Shown: positions 45,485-54,649 of the stretch, in pieces
How positions within the stretch are numbered: position 1 is the first letter of the stretch
Layout: each line of letters starts with the position of its first letter
NCBI GenBank assembly: GCA_034428795.1
Contig: DAOUHF010000146.1
Span: forward strand, 7,197-71,196
DNA length: 64,000 nt
Direction of reading: 5' to 3'
From: Dehalococcoidia bacterium
GTDB lineage: Bacteria > Chloroflexota > Dehalococcoidia > Lucifugimonadales > UBA3495
Translations under genes and position numbers: made by a program
Notes under the pieces: model-generated
The model's input: the letters and a program-made list of their open reading frames with translations, nothing else
The model's database searches: none
Told to the model about the DNA's origin: nothing

Positions 45485-46273
45485 TCAGGTGTGAAGGAAC
45501 TGCCAGTCCTTGCTGCCCATGTTGAACTTGAGTCGCCGGAAGGCTTCGGCGTAATCCAGTCCGGTCTCTTCCTTGTGGCGGCCGTGCATCTGAGCGATTC
45601 TCGACAGCCGTTCGGCGGTGGTTACCGGCGACATCTGGCTGGCGTGGGCCTCCAATGACCTCGTCTTCACGTCCAGGTAGCCTCCAACTTCCACGAACAC
45701 GTCGGGGGACTCGCTGCCCCACATATAGGCCTGCTCCACCATATGCGGCTCAAGCCCCTCCTCCGTGATTTGCTCGGGGAAGTGCAGGTAGCTCCAGGCG
45801 TAGGTGAACGCGGCGTCCAGCGCCACCTGCCCGCTCATCCGGTGGTCCCGGTGAGTGTGGCTGCGGCTGCGGTAAGGGTCGATGCAAAGAATGAGGTCGG
45901 GTTTGTGGCGGCGTATCTCTCGCACCACTTGGCTGCGGAATAGCCGGCTGTCCTCAAGCCCGCCGTCGGGGTGCCGCAGGAACACCACCTCCTTGGCGCC
46001 GACGACGTGCGACGCCGCCATCTGCTCTTCCTCGCGGGTGGCCGCCAAACGCTCCGGCGTCATTTCCCTGTCGCCGGTGCCTTTGTTGCCGTTGGTACAC
46101 ATCACCACAATGACTTCCGTGCCCGCCTCCTCGACCCACTTGGCCAGGGTTGCGCCGCAACCGCCCTCGCAGTCGTCGGGATGGGGGGTGACTGCCATGG
46201 CCACCCGAGGAGTGGTGGTGATGATCTCGTACGAAGAGTTGGTCACGTTTCCGGTTTGGAGGTCTCGGAGCAT
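45485..46273 (-). CDS. PIG-L/LmbE-family N-acetylglucosaminyl deacetylase
   Basis: AVTPHPDDCEGGCGATLAKW...VVVMCTNGNKG and HRDHR. Confidence 0.85.
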   Translation of the reverse strand: MLRDLQTGNVTNSSYEIITTTPRVAMAVTPHPDDCEGGCGATLAKWVEEAGTEVIVVMCTNGNKGTGDREMTPERLAATREEEQMAASHVVGAKEVVFLRHPDGGLEDSRLFRSQVVREIRRHKPDLILCIDPYRSRSHTHRDHRMSGQVALDAAFTYAWSYLHFPEQITEEGLEPHMVEQAYMWGSESPDVFVEVGGYLDVKTRSLEAHASQMSPVTTAERLSRIAQMHGRHKEETGLDYAEAFRRLKFNMGSKDWQFLHT

Positions 46274-46325
46274 TGTTAATTCCTAGGGCCGAAGTCGGTC
46301 AGATGCTTCCTGTATTGCGCGCTGC

Positions 46326-47006
46326 CTACCCGTTCACGGCCACCGATCGGCCCAGGTCGGTTACAGCGTAGCGGCCGGACCGGCCGGGAATGCGCTCCAG
46401 CCAGCCGAATTTGGCCCGGGCGGCATTGCGCAGCGTCTGGGTGAAATTGTTGGGTTTGCGCCATCCCGCCAAGTCGAATAACCGGCCGAGGTCTTCGGCG
46501 CTCACCCCATCAGTCCCGAAGTAGCGTATCGCCCCTTCTGCCGCAACTACCACCCGGCGCATGTCGCCCATGGGATTTGCGTCCCGGCAGAATTCGTAGA
46601 ATTCCAGCCGGAACGCGTCCGAAATGCTTTCGAGTTGCAGCGCAGGCGCCGCGCTGCCCCTGTTGCCGTTTTCAGGAGCAACTCGTGAGGCCGCCGGTCC
46701 AGCCGCTTGAGGCGCGGCCGCCTGGTGGGCCGCCGTAGCCGGTGGAGCTTCATCCACCGCCACGACCGCGCCGCCGGCGGGAATGGCGGCCGGCGGACTG
46801 GTGGTTACACTCGTATCCTCTTCCGCCGTTCCGTTGGGCCGGGGAGCACTGTCGTATGATGACTGCATCAGGTCTCGGCGCAGGTCCCGCAAGGCGATTT
46901 CCACTACTTCATGCAGGACCGCTGCATCCTCCGACTCCACGGTAATCTTCGTGTTGTTGGGGAGCGTTATGGAGACCCTTACCATGCCAAACGTCCTAGG
47001 GAACAT
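46326..47006 (-). CDS. Hypothetical protein (small N-domain, Pro/Ala-rich linker, C-terminal helical domain)
   Basis: Long ORF with coding-like composition. No motif recognised. The start is either ATG 47006 (inside the repeat) or ATG 46985. Confidence 0.5.
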   Translation of the reverse strand: MFPRTFGMVRVSITLPNNTKITVESEDAAVLHEVVEIALRDLRRDLMQSSYDSAPRPNGTAEEDTSVTTSPPAAIPAGGAVVAVDEAPPATAAHQAAAPQAAGPAASRVAPENGNRGSAAPALQLESISDAFRLEFYEFCRDANPMGDMRRVVVAAEGAIRYFGTDGVSAEDLGRLFDLAGWRKPNNFTQTLRNAARAKFGWLERIPGRSGRYAVTDLGRSVAVNG

Positions 47007-47078
47007 TTGAACAAGTCCCTTCCCCCCGATGGGGGAAGGTTAGGATGGGGGTGCCGGCGCTCATTTGATAGCTAATAC
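46995..47078 (-). repeat. Leader-like repeat, copy B (inverted relative to copy A); forms the 5' leader and start of the 46326..47006 gene
   Basis: Its reverse complement, GTATTAGCTATCAAATGAGCGCCGGCACCCCCATCCTAACCTTCCCCCATCGGGGGGAAGGGACTTGTTCAAATGTTCCCTAGG, matches 32679-32764 except for a few substitutions and a flipped 4-nt hairpin loop. Confidence 0.85.
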
Positions 47079-47120
47079 AGTTTAAGCTCTCCTCCGAGAT
47101 TTCGGCTTTCGCCTCAATGA

Positions 47121-47146
47121 CCATAACTTGTTCAGAGGTTCCCTGG
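47121..47146 (+). repeat. Core-less homolog of the copy A flanks
   Basis: CCATAAC+TTGTTCAGAGGTTCCCTGG equals the 7 nt left of the copy A core joined directly to the sequence right of it (CCATAAC[65 nt]TTGTTCAGATGTTTCCTAGG). Confidence 0.45.
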
Positions 47147-47305
47147 ACCGGGAGTTTTGGAAACCGGTATTCCCGGCAGCGATGTGCGCCACTGCGCATA
47201 TTCAACGTATATATGCCAAGACCCGGCTTTAGTCAAGCGTGGGCGACGCTTGGGAGGTATATGTGCAACGCCCCGGCGGCGGTAAGAACGAAACCGCCAG
47301 AACGG

Positions 47306-49174
47306 TCAGACGGTCTGTTTGACGCGTATGGCGAGGGAGCGGGTCATTCCCGGGACCGCGGCGATCTCATCCACCGGGGCTTCCTTGATACCCTTGAGCG
47401 AACCGAAACGGCGCATGAGCATCCGTTTTCGCTTCGGTCCTATGCCGGTGACCATGTCGATTGGCGAGGTCAGGCTACTCTTGCTCCGGAGATTCCGGTG
47501 GTAGGTGATGGCGAAACGGTGTGCCTCGTCCCTGATCCGTTGCACCAGGTAGAGGGCCTGGGAGTCGCGGGGCAAGACGATGGGCTCCGGGGTGTGGGGA
47601 ACAAATAGCCATTCGTTCTCTTTGGCCAGCGACGACAACGGGATATCGTCCAACCCCAACTCCAGGAAGACCTCCAGGGCCGCCGAGAGCTGTCCCTTTC
47701 CCCCGTCGATAAGGACGAGGTCGGGAATGACCCCCCAGCTATCGTGCTTGACGTCCTCTTGGCCGCTGGCTTCGTGGCCGGCCGCCGCCCGGGCCGCAGC
47801 CAACCGCTTGAAGCGCCGGCGCAGCACCTCCCGTATGCTCTCGTAATCGTCCACACCATCGACGGTCTTCACTTTGAAGCGGCGGTAGTGGGCCGGTTTC
47901 GGCTTTCCGTCCTCGAAGACCACCATGCTGCCCACCGAGTTGCTGCCTTGGATGTGGGAGATGTCATAGCATTCCATACGGCGCAGCGGTAGTGGAAGAC
48001 TCAGTTCCTCCTCCAGTTCGGTCATCGCTTTCTGGATGATGTCTGGGTTGTCCAGCCACTTGATCCGGTGCTGGGCCAAGCCTTGCCGGGCGTTGTCGGC
48101 CACGGTCTCGATCAGTTGCTTGTGGACGCCCCGCTGGGGACACACCACCCGGACGGCTCCACCCCGCAAATCGCGCAGCCATCGGGTCACCAACTCCTCG
48201 TCTTCCAAGGGGTGTTGGGTTACGATTCGGGGCGGTATGACCGATGCCGATTGGTAAAACTGCTTGACGAATTGACTGGCGATCAACCCCGGCGCGTCGT
48301 CTTGGGTGCCTTCCATGAAGAAGTGGTCTCGGCCTATCAGCTTGCCCCGGCGGATGAAGAACACCTCTACCCAGGTCTCGTTAGTCCCTTGGGCTAGAGC
48401 GATCATATCCATGTCGCTGACCGGGTTGGAATCGACCTTGATCCGCTGCTCTTCCGCCACCTTTTCAACCGCTTTGATGCGGTCCCGCAGCACCGCCGCC
48501 CGCTCGAACTCCAAACGCTCGGCGGCAGCCTCCATGTTGTCGTTCAGGTCCTTAGTGACGGCGTCGGTGTCCCCTTCCATGAACATGACCACTTGGTCGA
48601 TGACCCGGCCGTATTCCTCCTTGGAGGTGTACCCGGTGCATGGGGCGACACACCGGTTGATGTAATATTCCAGGCATGGGCGGGGATCGGTCCCGGTGAT
48701 GGTCTTGGTGCAAGACCTGTAGGGAAACAGCCGTTTGACCAGGTCCATGGACTTTCGGACGGTGTTAGCGGTGGCAAAGGGTCCAAAGTAGCGTGCCCCG
48801 TCCTTGGCTACCCGGCGGGTGATGTAGACCCTGGGGAACTCTTCGGTGAGGTCGACTTTGAGGTAGGGGTAGGTCTTGTCGTCTTTGAGCCGGGCGTTGT
48901 AACGGGGACGGTAGCGCTTGATCAGGGTGTTTTCCAGGATCAACGCCTCTGCCTCCGAGTCGGTCACGATGTACTCGAAGTCATGCAGGTGCCCCATCAT
49001 GCGTCGTATTTTGGAGGGTTGATGAGATGGCGACCCGAAGTAGGTGCGCAAACGGTTTCTGAGGCTGCTGGCCTTGCCCACGTAGAGGACCGTCCCCCGG
49101 ACATCCTTCATCAGGTAAACACCGGGGCGTTCCGGGGTGGCCTGCAATCGTTGCTCTACCAGTGGTAGTGGCAT
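47306..49174 (-). CDS. uvrC: Excinuclease ABC subunit C
   Basis: N-terminal GIY-YIG PGVYLMKDVRGTVLYVGKASSLRNRL, a UVR domain, and the C-terminal RNase H-like domain plus (HhH)2 VPGMTRSLAIRV. Confidence 0.95.
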   Translation of the reverse strand: MPLPLVEQRLQATPERPGVYLMKDVRGTVLYVGKASSLRNRLRTYFGSPSHQPSKIRRMMGHLHDFEYIVTDSEAEALILENTLIKRYRPRYNARLKDDKTYPYLKVDLTEEFPRVYITRRVAKDGARYFGPFATANTVRKSMDLVKRLFPYRSCTKTITGTDPRPCLEYYINRCVAPCTGYTSKEEYGRVIDQVVMFMEGDTDAVTKDLNDNMEAAAERLEFERAAVLRDRIKAVEKVAEEQRIKVDSNPVSDMDMIALAQGTNETWVEVFFIRRGKLIGRDHFFMEGTQDDAPGLIASQFVKQFYQSASVIPPRIVTQHPLEDEELVTRWLRDLRGGAVRVVCPQRGVHKQLIETVADNARQGLAQHRIKWLDNPDIIQKAMTELEEELSLPLPLRRMECYDISHIQGSNSVGSMVVFEDGKPKPAHYRRFKVKTVDGVDDYESIREVLRRRFKRLAAARAAAGHEASGQEDVKHDSWGVIPDLVLIDGGKGQLSAALEVFLELGLDDIPLSSLAKENEWLFVPHTPEPIVLPRDSQALYLVQRIRDEAHRFAITYHRNLRSKSSLTSPIDMVTGIGPKRKRMLMRRFGSLKGIKEAPVDEIAAVPGMTRSLAIRVKQTV

Positions 49175-49181
49175 TGCGCTG

Positions 49182-49562
49182 TTAGAGGAGTATGCCCAGT
49201 ACTACTAAGACCGCTATCACGGAAACGGACAGTACGCCGATGCGCCTCAGTTCGGCCCCGACGTAGTTGTAGGCCGCCGGGCGCTCACCGCGGATGCGGC
49301 CCGCGCCCAGGGGCGACGCGTTGGGCCGTACCGCCCGAGGGGCGGCCGCTGTTCTGGGGGCGGCCACGGCTTCACGGACCGGTCCTGATCGCGGCGTGAC
49401 GGCACCGTCGCCGTTGGCGGCAACAGTGGCCGCTCCGGCATCGGATTGGGCCTCGGCGTCGGCCAGGGCAGTGGGTATGCCGCTGGGGCCGCGCTGGGTC
49501 TTCTTTCTTCTGCGGTTTAGCTGGGCTTGCCGGGCCGCCGCCCGGTGGGCTTTACCCGCCAT
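49182..49562 (-). CDS. Hypothetical basic protein with a C-terminal membrane anchor
   Basis: Arg/Ala-rich N-terminal part and the single terminal helix IGVLSVSVIAVLVVLGILL. AGGAGG RBS. It lies immediately upstream of uvrC on the same strand. Confidence 0.45.
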   Translation of the reverse strand: MAGKAHRAAARQAQLNRRRKKTQRGPSGIPTALADAEAQSDAGAATVAANGDGAVTPRSGPVREAVAAPRTAAAPRAVRPNASPLGAGRIRGERPAAYNYVGAELRRIGVLSVSVIAVLVVLGILL

Positions 49563-49814
49563 GGGGGTGTACCTCCTGAGAGGGCTGCCGGTTTCGCTGC
49601 CGGTCCCAAGGACGGACCAATTGGTACACGGCCGGGCAATGCGCGTTCACCAACTGTGGATTACGTAACGTGTTTTTACTATATCAGTTATGGAACGAAA
49701 AGGGCAGTCCGCCACGGCACGGCCGCTGGGCGATCACCGGAGCCGCGCCATTGCGGCGGCGCCCTTCTCGACGAATATTGACGGGTAGCAAGCGCCATTG
49801 GATTACGAGAATGA

Positions 49815-50729
49815 TCAGGCCCTTGGATGACTTTTCTCGTATTCCTGCTGCATGTAACCGTCGGTCAGATGGGTATAGACCTGTGTAGTGGAGATGCTGG
49901 AGTGCCCCAGCAATTCCTGAACGTGCCGGAGGGAAGCCCCGTTCTGCAGCAGGTGGGTGGCGAAGCTGTGGCGCAGGGTGTGGGGCGTGATGCTCTGCTT
50001 GATGTTGGCCTTTTGGGCGTAGGTCTTGAGGATGGTCCAAACCCATTGCCGGGTCAGCCGCTCGCCCCTGTGGTTCACGAACAGGGCCGGCTCCGACTTC
50101 CGCTGCCCCAGCATTGTCATCCGGGGGCCTTTGGAGTACCGCTTCAGCTCTGCCAGCGCCTTGGGGTACAGGTGGACGATTCGTTCCTTGGAGCCTTTGC
50201 CCAAACAGCGGATATATGACTCTTCGGTGTTTACGTCTTGCATGTTGAGGGATACCAACTCCCCGACCCGCAACCCGGTGGCGTACAGTAGTTCCATAAT
50301 CACCGCGTCCCGTTGTCCTTCGGTGCTTCCCGATTTGTACGCGACGTCCAGCAGGCCGGTTACCTCGGTCTCGCTCAGGAACTTGGGGAGGGTCCGCCCC
50401 ACTCGGGGAGAGCCCAGGGACTCGGTGGGGTCTTCTGTGATTGCGCCGGTCTCCGACAGAAATCCGAAGAAGGACTTTATGGAAGCGACCTTCCGGGCAG
50501 TCGTGGCGTCGCGGTAACCCTTGCGCACCCGAAGGTCCTCGATGTATCGGTTCAGGGTCTCGATGTCCACTTGGGACCAAGTGAACTTGAAGTTGGAGTG
50601 ACCGTTCCGGTTGTCCTGTAAAAAGTCCCAGAATTGCTGGAGGTCGTTGCGGTAGGCATCGGAGGTGTTTCGGGAGAAGCCTTTTTCCACGATGAGGTGT
50701 TGGAGAAAAGACGATATAGTTGGATCCAT
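49815..50729 (-). CDS. Tyrosine recombinase, XerC/XerD family
   Basis: FLQHLIVEKGFSRNTSDAYRNDLQQF, LYATGLRVGELVSL, HTLRHSFATHLL and LLGHSSISTTQVYTH (R-H-R-Y catalytic set). Confidence 0.85.
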   Translation of the reverse strand: MDPTISSFLQHLIVEKGFSRNTSDAYRNDLQQFWDFLQDNRNGHSNFKFTWSQVDIETLNRYIEDLRVRKGYRDATTARKVASIKSFFGFLSETGAITEDPTESLGSPRVGRTLPKFLSETEVTGLLDVAYKSGSTEGQRDAVIMELLYATGLRVGELVSLNMQDVNTEESYIRCLGKGSKERIVHLYPKALAELKRYSKGPRMTMLGQRKSEPALFVNHRGERLTRQWVWTILKTYAQKANIKQSITPHTLRHSFATHLLQNGASLRHVQELLGHSSISTTQVYTHLTDGYMQQEYEKSHPRA

Positions 50730-50945
50730 ATTCCCGTATCCTTTCGCCGAAGCGTGAAAAAGATGAGTAAGCATTCAGGGCGCCTACCCAGTAATCGACC
50801 TGATTCTAGCACGCTGCGGCGGAAGGCCAACGCGGGAACGTTGACGGGAATACACAAGTTATTTGCGGTGTGGACTAAACGCCCGCTCCATGGCGGGAGA
50901 GACCGCTGAAGAGGCAATGTACGGGGAAGGGGAGTGTGGCGGGGC

Positions 50946-52121
50946 TTAGCCGGAAGCCAGCAACACGGTGCCGGTGGAGGAAAGAGAACCGCCGGTGCCG
51001 TTGACTATGGCCGTCGCGGCGTGCCGGCTCCGGTCGGCCTTGCTGGGCGCCTGGCGGTCTCCGCACTCCCCACGCAATTGCCGGACCGCTTCCACAAGAA
51101 GGAAGATTCCATACATCCCGGGGTGGGTGTATGAAAGGCCGCCTCCGCTGGTGTTCAGCGGGAAATCGCCGCCTGGGGCCGTGCGCTGACCGGCTACGAA
51201 GTCGGCCGCTTCACCCGGGCCGCAGAACCCCAGGGACTCCAGGGTCACCATCACCGTGTAGGTGAAGGAATCGTAGATCATGGCCAGGTCGAGGTCGCCG
51301 TGCCCGATCCCGGCGCGGGCCATCGCCTTGGGACCGGACTCCCTGGCGACTGTGGAGGTGAGGTCCGGCATCTGACTGACGATGTTGTGGTCGTGGGCCT
51401 CGCCGCCTCCCAGCACCCATACCGGTTGCTTGCGGCAGGCCCGGGCGCGCTCGGCGGTTGTCACCACGACGGCGGCCCCTGAATCGGTCACGAGGCAGCA
51501 GTCCAGCAGATGGAAGGGCCATGAGACCCACCGTGAATCATGGTAGTCGTCGAAACTCATCGGGGTGTCGTACATCATGGCCTTGGGGTTGAGATTGGCC
51601 CACTTGCGGGTGGCCACGGCGACTTCGGCCATGCCCTGACGGGTGCGGTCCTCCCCGTATTGGTGCATATAGCGGGTGCAGGCCAGGGAATAGTTGACTG
51701 GCGCGCCGATGATGCCGTAGGGGGCCTCGTATTGAGCCGCGGGCAGGTTGCCGTCGGTGGGCACCCTCACCCTGGTCGATCGTCCTGCCTGCCCGTGGGT
51801 GATCAGCGCCACTTCGCAGTAGCCGGCGCGAATAGCGGCCACCGCGTGGGCCACGTGAATGACGAACGAGGACCCGCCGACGGAGGTGCCGTCGGTAAAC
51901 CCGGGCTGTATCCCCAGGTATTCGGCGGTGGCAAGCGTGGAAAATCCCGCCGTGAAAATGCCGTCGACGTCGCCCTTGGACAGGCCGGCGTCCTCCAGGG
52001 CATTATGGGCCGCTTCGGCGTGGTGCTGCAGGGAAGACTTTCCGGGTACGTTCCCCATTACGTCGGACTCGGCCACGCCAACGATGGCAATGTCCCGTGA
52101 GGCGGAGCCGTTCGAAGTCAT
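50946..52121 (-). CDS. Thiolase-family protein (SCP-x / lipid-transfer-type)
   Basis: IAIVGVAESD...GDVDGIF and GGSSF, with the C-terminal NTSGGGLS..HP.G pattern. Confidence 0.8.
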   Translation of the reverse strand: MTSNGSASRDIAIVGVAESDVMGNVPGKSSLQHHAEAAHNALEDAGLSKGDVDGIFTAGFSTLATAEYLGIQPGFTDGTSVGGSSFVIHVAHAVAAIRAGYCEVALITHGQAGRSTRVRVPTDGNLPAAQYEAPYGIIGAPVNYSLACTRYMHQYGEDRTRQGMAEVAVATRKWANLNPKAMMYDTPMSFDDYHDSRWVSWPFHLLDCCLVTDSGAAVVVTTAERARACRKQPVWVLGGGEAHDHNIVSQMPDLTSTVARESGPKAMARAGIGHGDLDLAMIYDSFTYTVMVTLESLGFCGPGEAADFVAGQRTAPGGDFPLNTSGGGLSYTHPGMYGIFLLVEAVRQLRGECGDRQAPSKADRSRHAATAIVNGTGGSLSSTGTVLLASG

Positions 52122-52263
52122 TGATACCCTCCTGGTTCCAACGTCGTCAGACCGTTCCTCGGCGTCGAAGGACCCCGGCTGATGTTACAACACCCACCGC
52201 ACAGGCACAACCGGCTTGAGCGCGGGTCAAAGTCTCCAACCGTGTCGTCTCCAACCGTGCCAT

Positions 52264-52587
52264 TCAAGCAGTCCACCACCGCGTAATTCTGGACCGGGTC
52301 GAGAATCTCTCCAGAAGGGCGGTCACTCCGACGGAAGCGAAACCCTTCACCGCGTTCAGCCGGTCATACAGGTCTTCCCGCTTCCACGTGCGAGGTCCCA
52401 TGTTGCGGCTGTAAGCATGGAACGTGGACTTCAATTTTTGAATTTGTTCCTCCCGGCTGGCAACGTCGCCTTTGGCTACGGAGGTCAGATACCCTCTGAC
52501 CATAGCAGTTAGAGTTGTGTTTTTGTCGATGGCGATTTTGCGGACCTTTTTCACGATCTCGTCGTCTACACTAAGTGTAATGTTCAT
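52264..52587 (-). CDS. Ribbon-helix-helix antitoxin-like protein with no toxin partner
   Basis: MNITLSVDDEIVKKVRKIAIDKNTTLTAMVRGYL ... KREDLYDR is the usual full length of this antitoxin type. A further 31 aa follow before the stop. Confidence 0.55.
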   Translation of the reverse strand: MNITLSVDDEIVKKVRKIAIDKNTTLTAMVRGYLTSVAKGDVASREEQIQKLKSTFHAYSRNMGPRTWKREDLYDRLNAVKGFASVGVTALLERFSTRSRITRWWTA

Positions 52588-52747
52588 CTCTTCACCCCGC
52601 TGCATGTATTCAGGTTAAACGACAATAAGGTTCAATGCCGAGTCGGTCAGCCATGCCAATACTTCCGGTGCCGGCGTTGCGCCATGATAGAATGAAGCAA
52701 CGCCCAGTGCTTGGGCCTGCCGCCGGGTGCCCGGGTATCGAGGACAT

Positions 52748-53311
52748 ATGCCTAGCAACTTCTGGATGATCATCAATAACGAGGAGAATTTCAGGATCAC
52801 TCAAGACCTGGGGTTCACCGTAATGGGCCTGAAGTCTCAACAACGCCGCAAGGTGCAACGGATCGGCGATGGCGACCGTGTGCTGATGTACCTTTCCCAC
52901 CTGCGCCGCTTCGTGGCTACGGCAACGGCCACATCCTCCTACATCGAGTCCGAAGACGGCCCATGGGTCAAGGAAGGCAACACCGGTTTCTCTTTCCGTG
53001 TCAACATCAGACCGGAAATCGTGTTGGATGACGCGCAATTCATGGATGCCAACCTCCTGGCGCCGCGGTTGGAGTACGTGAAACGCTGGCCGCCCGAAAA
53101 CTGGTACATGGCCTTCCAGGGCAATCTGCACCTGTTGCCGAAAAACGATTTCCTCCTTATCGAGGAGGAAATGAAGAAACTGAGGTTCGGGAAAGACTAC
53201 AAACCCACAGCCCTCACTCCTTCCCGCACCCCGGCGCGCCGCCGCCGCCCGGCCAATCGCAGGGGCCGCGCTGGGCCTCCGGACGAGAATAGGCCCGCTC
53301 CCAGTGGTTAG
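52748..53311 (+). CDS. EVE/PUA-like domain protein with a basic C-terminal tail
   Basis: FWMIINNEENFRITQDLGFTVMGLKSQQRRKVQRIGDGDRVLMYLSHLRRFVATATATS fits the EVE/ASCH-type pattern (W......W...........GD.v..Y.s......). Tail: RTPARRRRPANRRGRAG. Recognition is moderate only. Confidence 0.45.
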   Translation: MPSNFWMIINNEENFRITQDLGFTVMGLKSQQRRKVQRIGDGDRVLMYLSHLRRFVATATATSSYIESEDGPWVKEGNTGFSFRVNIRPEIVLDDAQFMDANLLAPRLEYVKRWPPENWYMAFQGNLHLLPKNDFLLIEEEMKKLRFGKDYKPTALTPSRTPARRRRPANRRGRAGPPDENRPAPSG

Positions 53312-53330
53312 TCCCGCTCCCAGTGGTTAG
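53294..53330. repeat. Tandem duplication (period 19) spanning the stop codon of the EVE-like gene
   Basis: CCCGCTCCCAGTGGTTAG, then T, then CCCGCTCCCAGTGGTTAG. Confidence 0.85.
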
Positions 53331-53359
53331 ACCGGCGTGACCGGCGGGCGAAGGGCCTC

Positions 53360-54541
53360 CTAAGGCTGCCGGAATAGGCCGCCGGATTCATCCAAGGCCC
53401 CTTCGATTTCCTCCAATACCTGCTGGTCGTCCTCGCAATCCCGGGCGCGGGTGAGCGCCTCCACAGCCTCGGCTGTCGCGATTCGCCCCAACGCCCAAGC
53501 GGCGTGCCCGCGAACCAGGGGATGCCCGTAGAGCAGCGCACGACCCAGGGGCGGGACCCCTTCCACCGCCCTCAGGTTCCCCAGGGCGACGCAGGCGTTC
53601 CGTTGCATCCCGACATGCTTGGCCCGCATGATCGAGGTCCCTCGGAAGGAGTCCCGGAACTCCTCTTCATTCATTTCCAGCAAGCCCACCAAGTCCAGAA
53701 CACCCGCGGACGCAGGGAGACTCGGCGTCACTGCGGGGGCTTCCGGTATGGGGTCGGCCGCCGGGCGGGCTTTACGGTTGACGGGGCAAACGTCTTGGCA
53801 GATGTCGCAACCGAACACCCAGTCCTGCATCAACGGGCGTAGGTCGCGGGGAATCGGGCCCCGGTTCTCGATGGTCAAGTATGAGATGCAACGGGTGTTG
53901 TCGACCACGTAAGGAGCGACGATTGCCCCCGTGGGGCAGGCGTCGATACATAGGACGCAGGCGCCGCACGTTTTTTTTAACGGCGGGTCAGCGGTCAATT
54001 CCAAGTCTGTGATCACCTGGCCCAGGAACACCCACGACCCGTGGCTGGAGGTCAGCACGTTGGTGTTCTTGCCGAACCAGCCCAGTCCCGAACGGACGGC
54101 GGCCGCCCGGTCCAACATAGGCCCGTCATCCACGTACCAGCGCGCCGCCACGTCGCTGCCCAGTTGGCTGGCCGCCTCCCGGACGAAGTCCCGCATCCGC
54201 CGCTTCATGGACCGGTGATAGTCTTTGACCCGGGCGTAGCGGGCGACTCTGCCGCCGGCCGCCAAGGGGGCGTCGGCCGCTGGGCCCAAGTCGTTTCCGG
54301 GCGGCAGATAGCTCTGCCCCAAACAGATGATCGAACGGGCTCCAGGCAGCAACTCTTCGGGTTTGGAGCCGCGCTTGACCCGATCGGCTGTGTACCAAGG
54401 GAGGCCGTCCATGTGGCCGTCTTGGATACGCCGCAACGCGGCCTCCCGATCGGCGGCGAACTCCTCCGCCGACGTGACACGCACCAAGTCGAACCCGCAG
54501 GCGCCGGCTAGTTCCACTACGATTGCTTTACGGTCGGTCAT
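53360..54541 (-). CDS. queG: Epoxyqueuosine reductase
   Basis: CGACVLCIDACPTGAI, CISYLTIE and GCDICQDVCPVN (two 4Fe-4S motifs), plus a C-terminal HEAT-like region. Confidence 0.9.
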   Translation of the reverse strand: MTDRKAIVVELAGACGFDLVRVTSAEEFAADREAALRRIQDGHMDGLPWYTADRVKRGSKPEELLPGARSIICLGQSYLPPGNDLGPAADAPLAAGGRVARYARVKDYHRSMKRRMRDFVREAASQLGSDVAARWYVDDGPMLDRAAAVRSGLGWFGKNTNVLTSSHGSWVFLGQVITDLELTADPPLKKTCGACVLCIDACPTGAIVAPYVVDNTRCISYLTIENRGPIPRDLRPLMQDWVFGCDICQDVCPVNRKARPAADPIPEAPAVTPSLPASAGVLDLVGLLEMNEEEFRDSFRGTSIMRAKHVGMQRNACVALGNLRAVEGVPPLGRALLYGHPLVRGHAAWALGRIATAEAVEALTRARDCEDDQQVLEEIEGALDESGGLFRQP

Positions 54542-54649
54542 TTTTTACCGGTCCATTGCTGGACGGCGCGGCAACACGCATAATGATCATCGGGACCATA
54601 CAAACTCAATATTATCCAGGGAACGTTATTATCCAAGGAACGTTCGTCA

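Noticed and set aside
49815-50729. The tyrosine recombinase as the integrase of a mobile element.
   Set aside because: The sequence has XerC/XerD-type motifs and length. There is no flanking tRNA, att-like direct repeats or phage/IS genes, and the neighbours are core genes (uvrC, thiolase).
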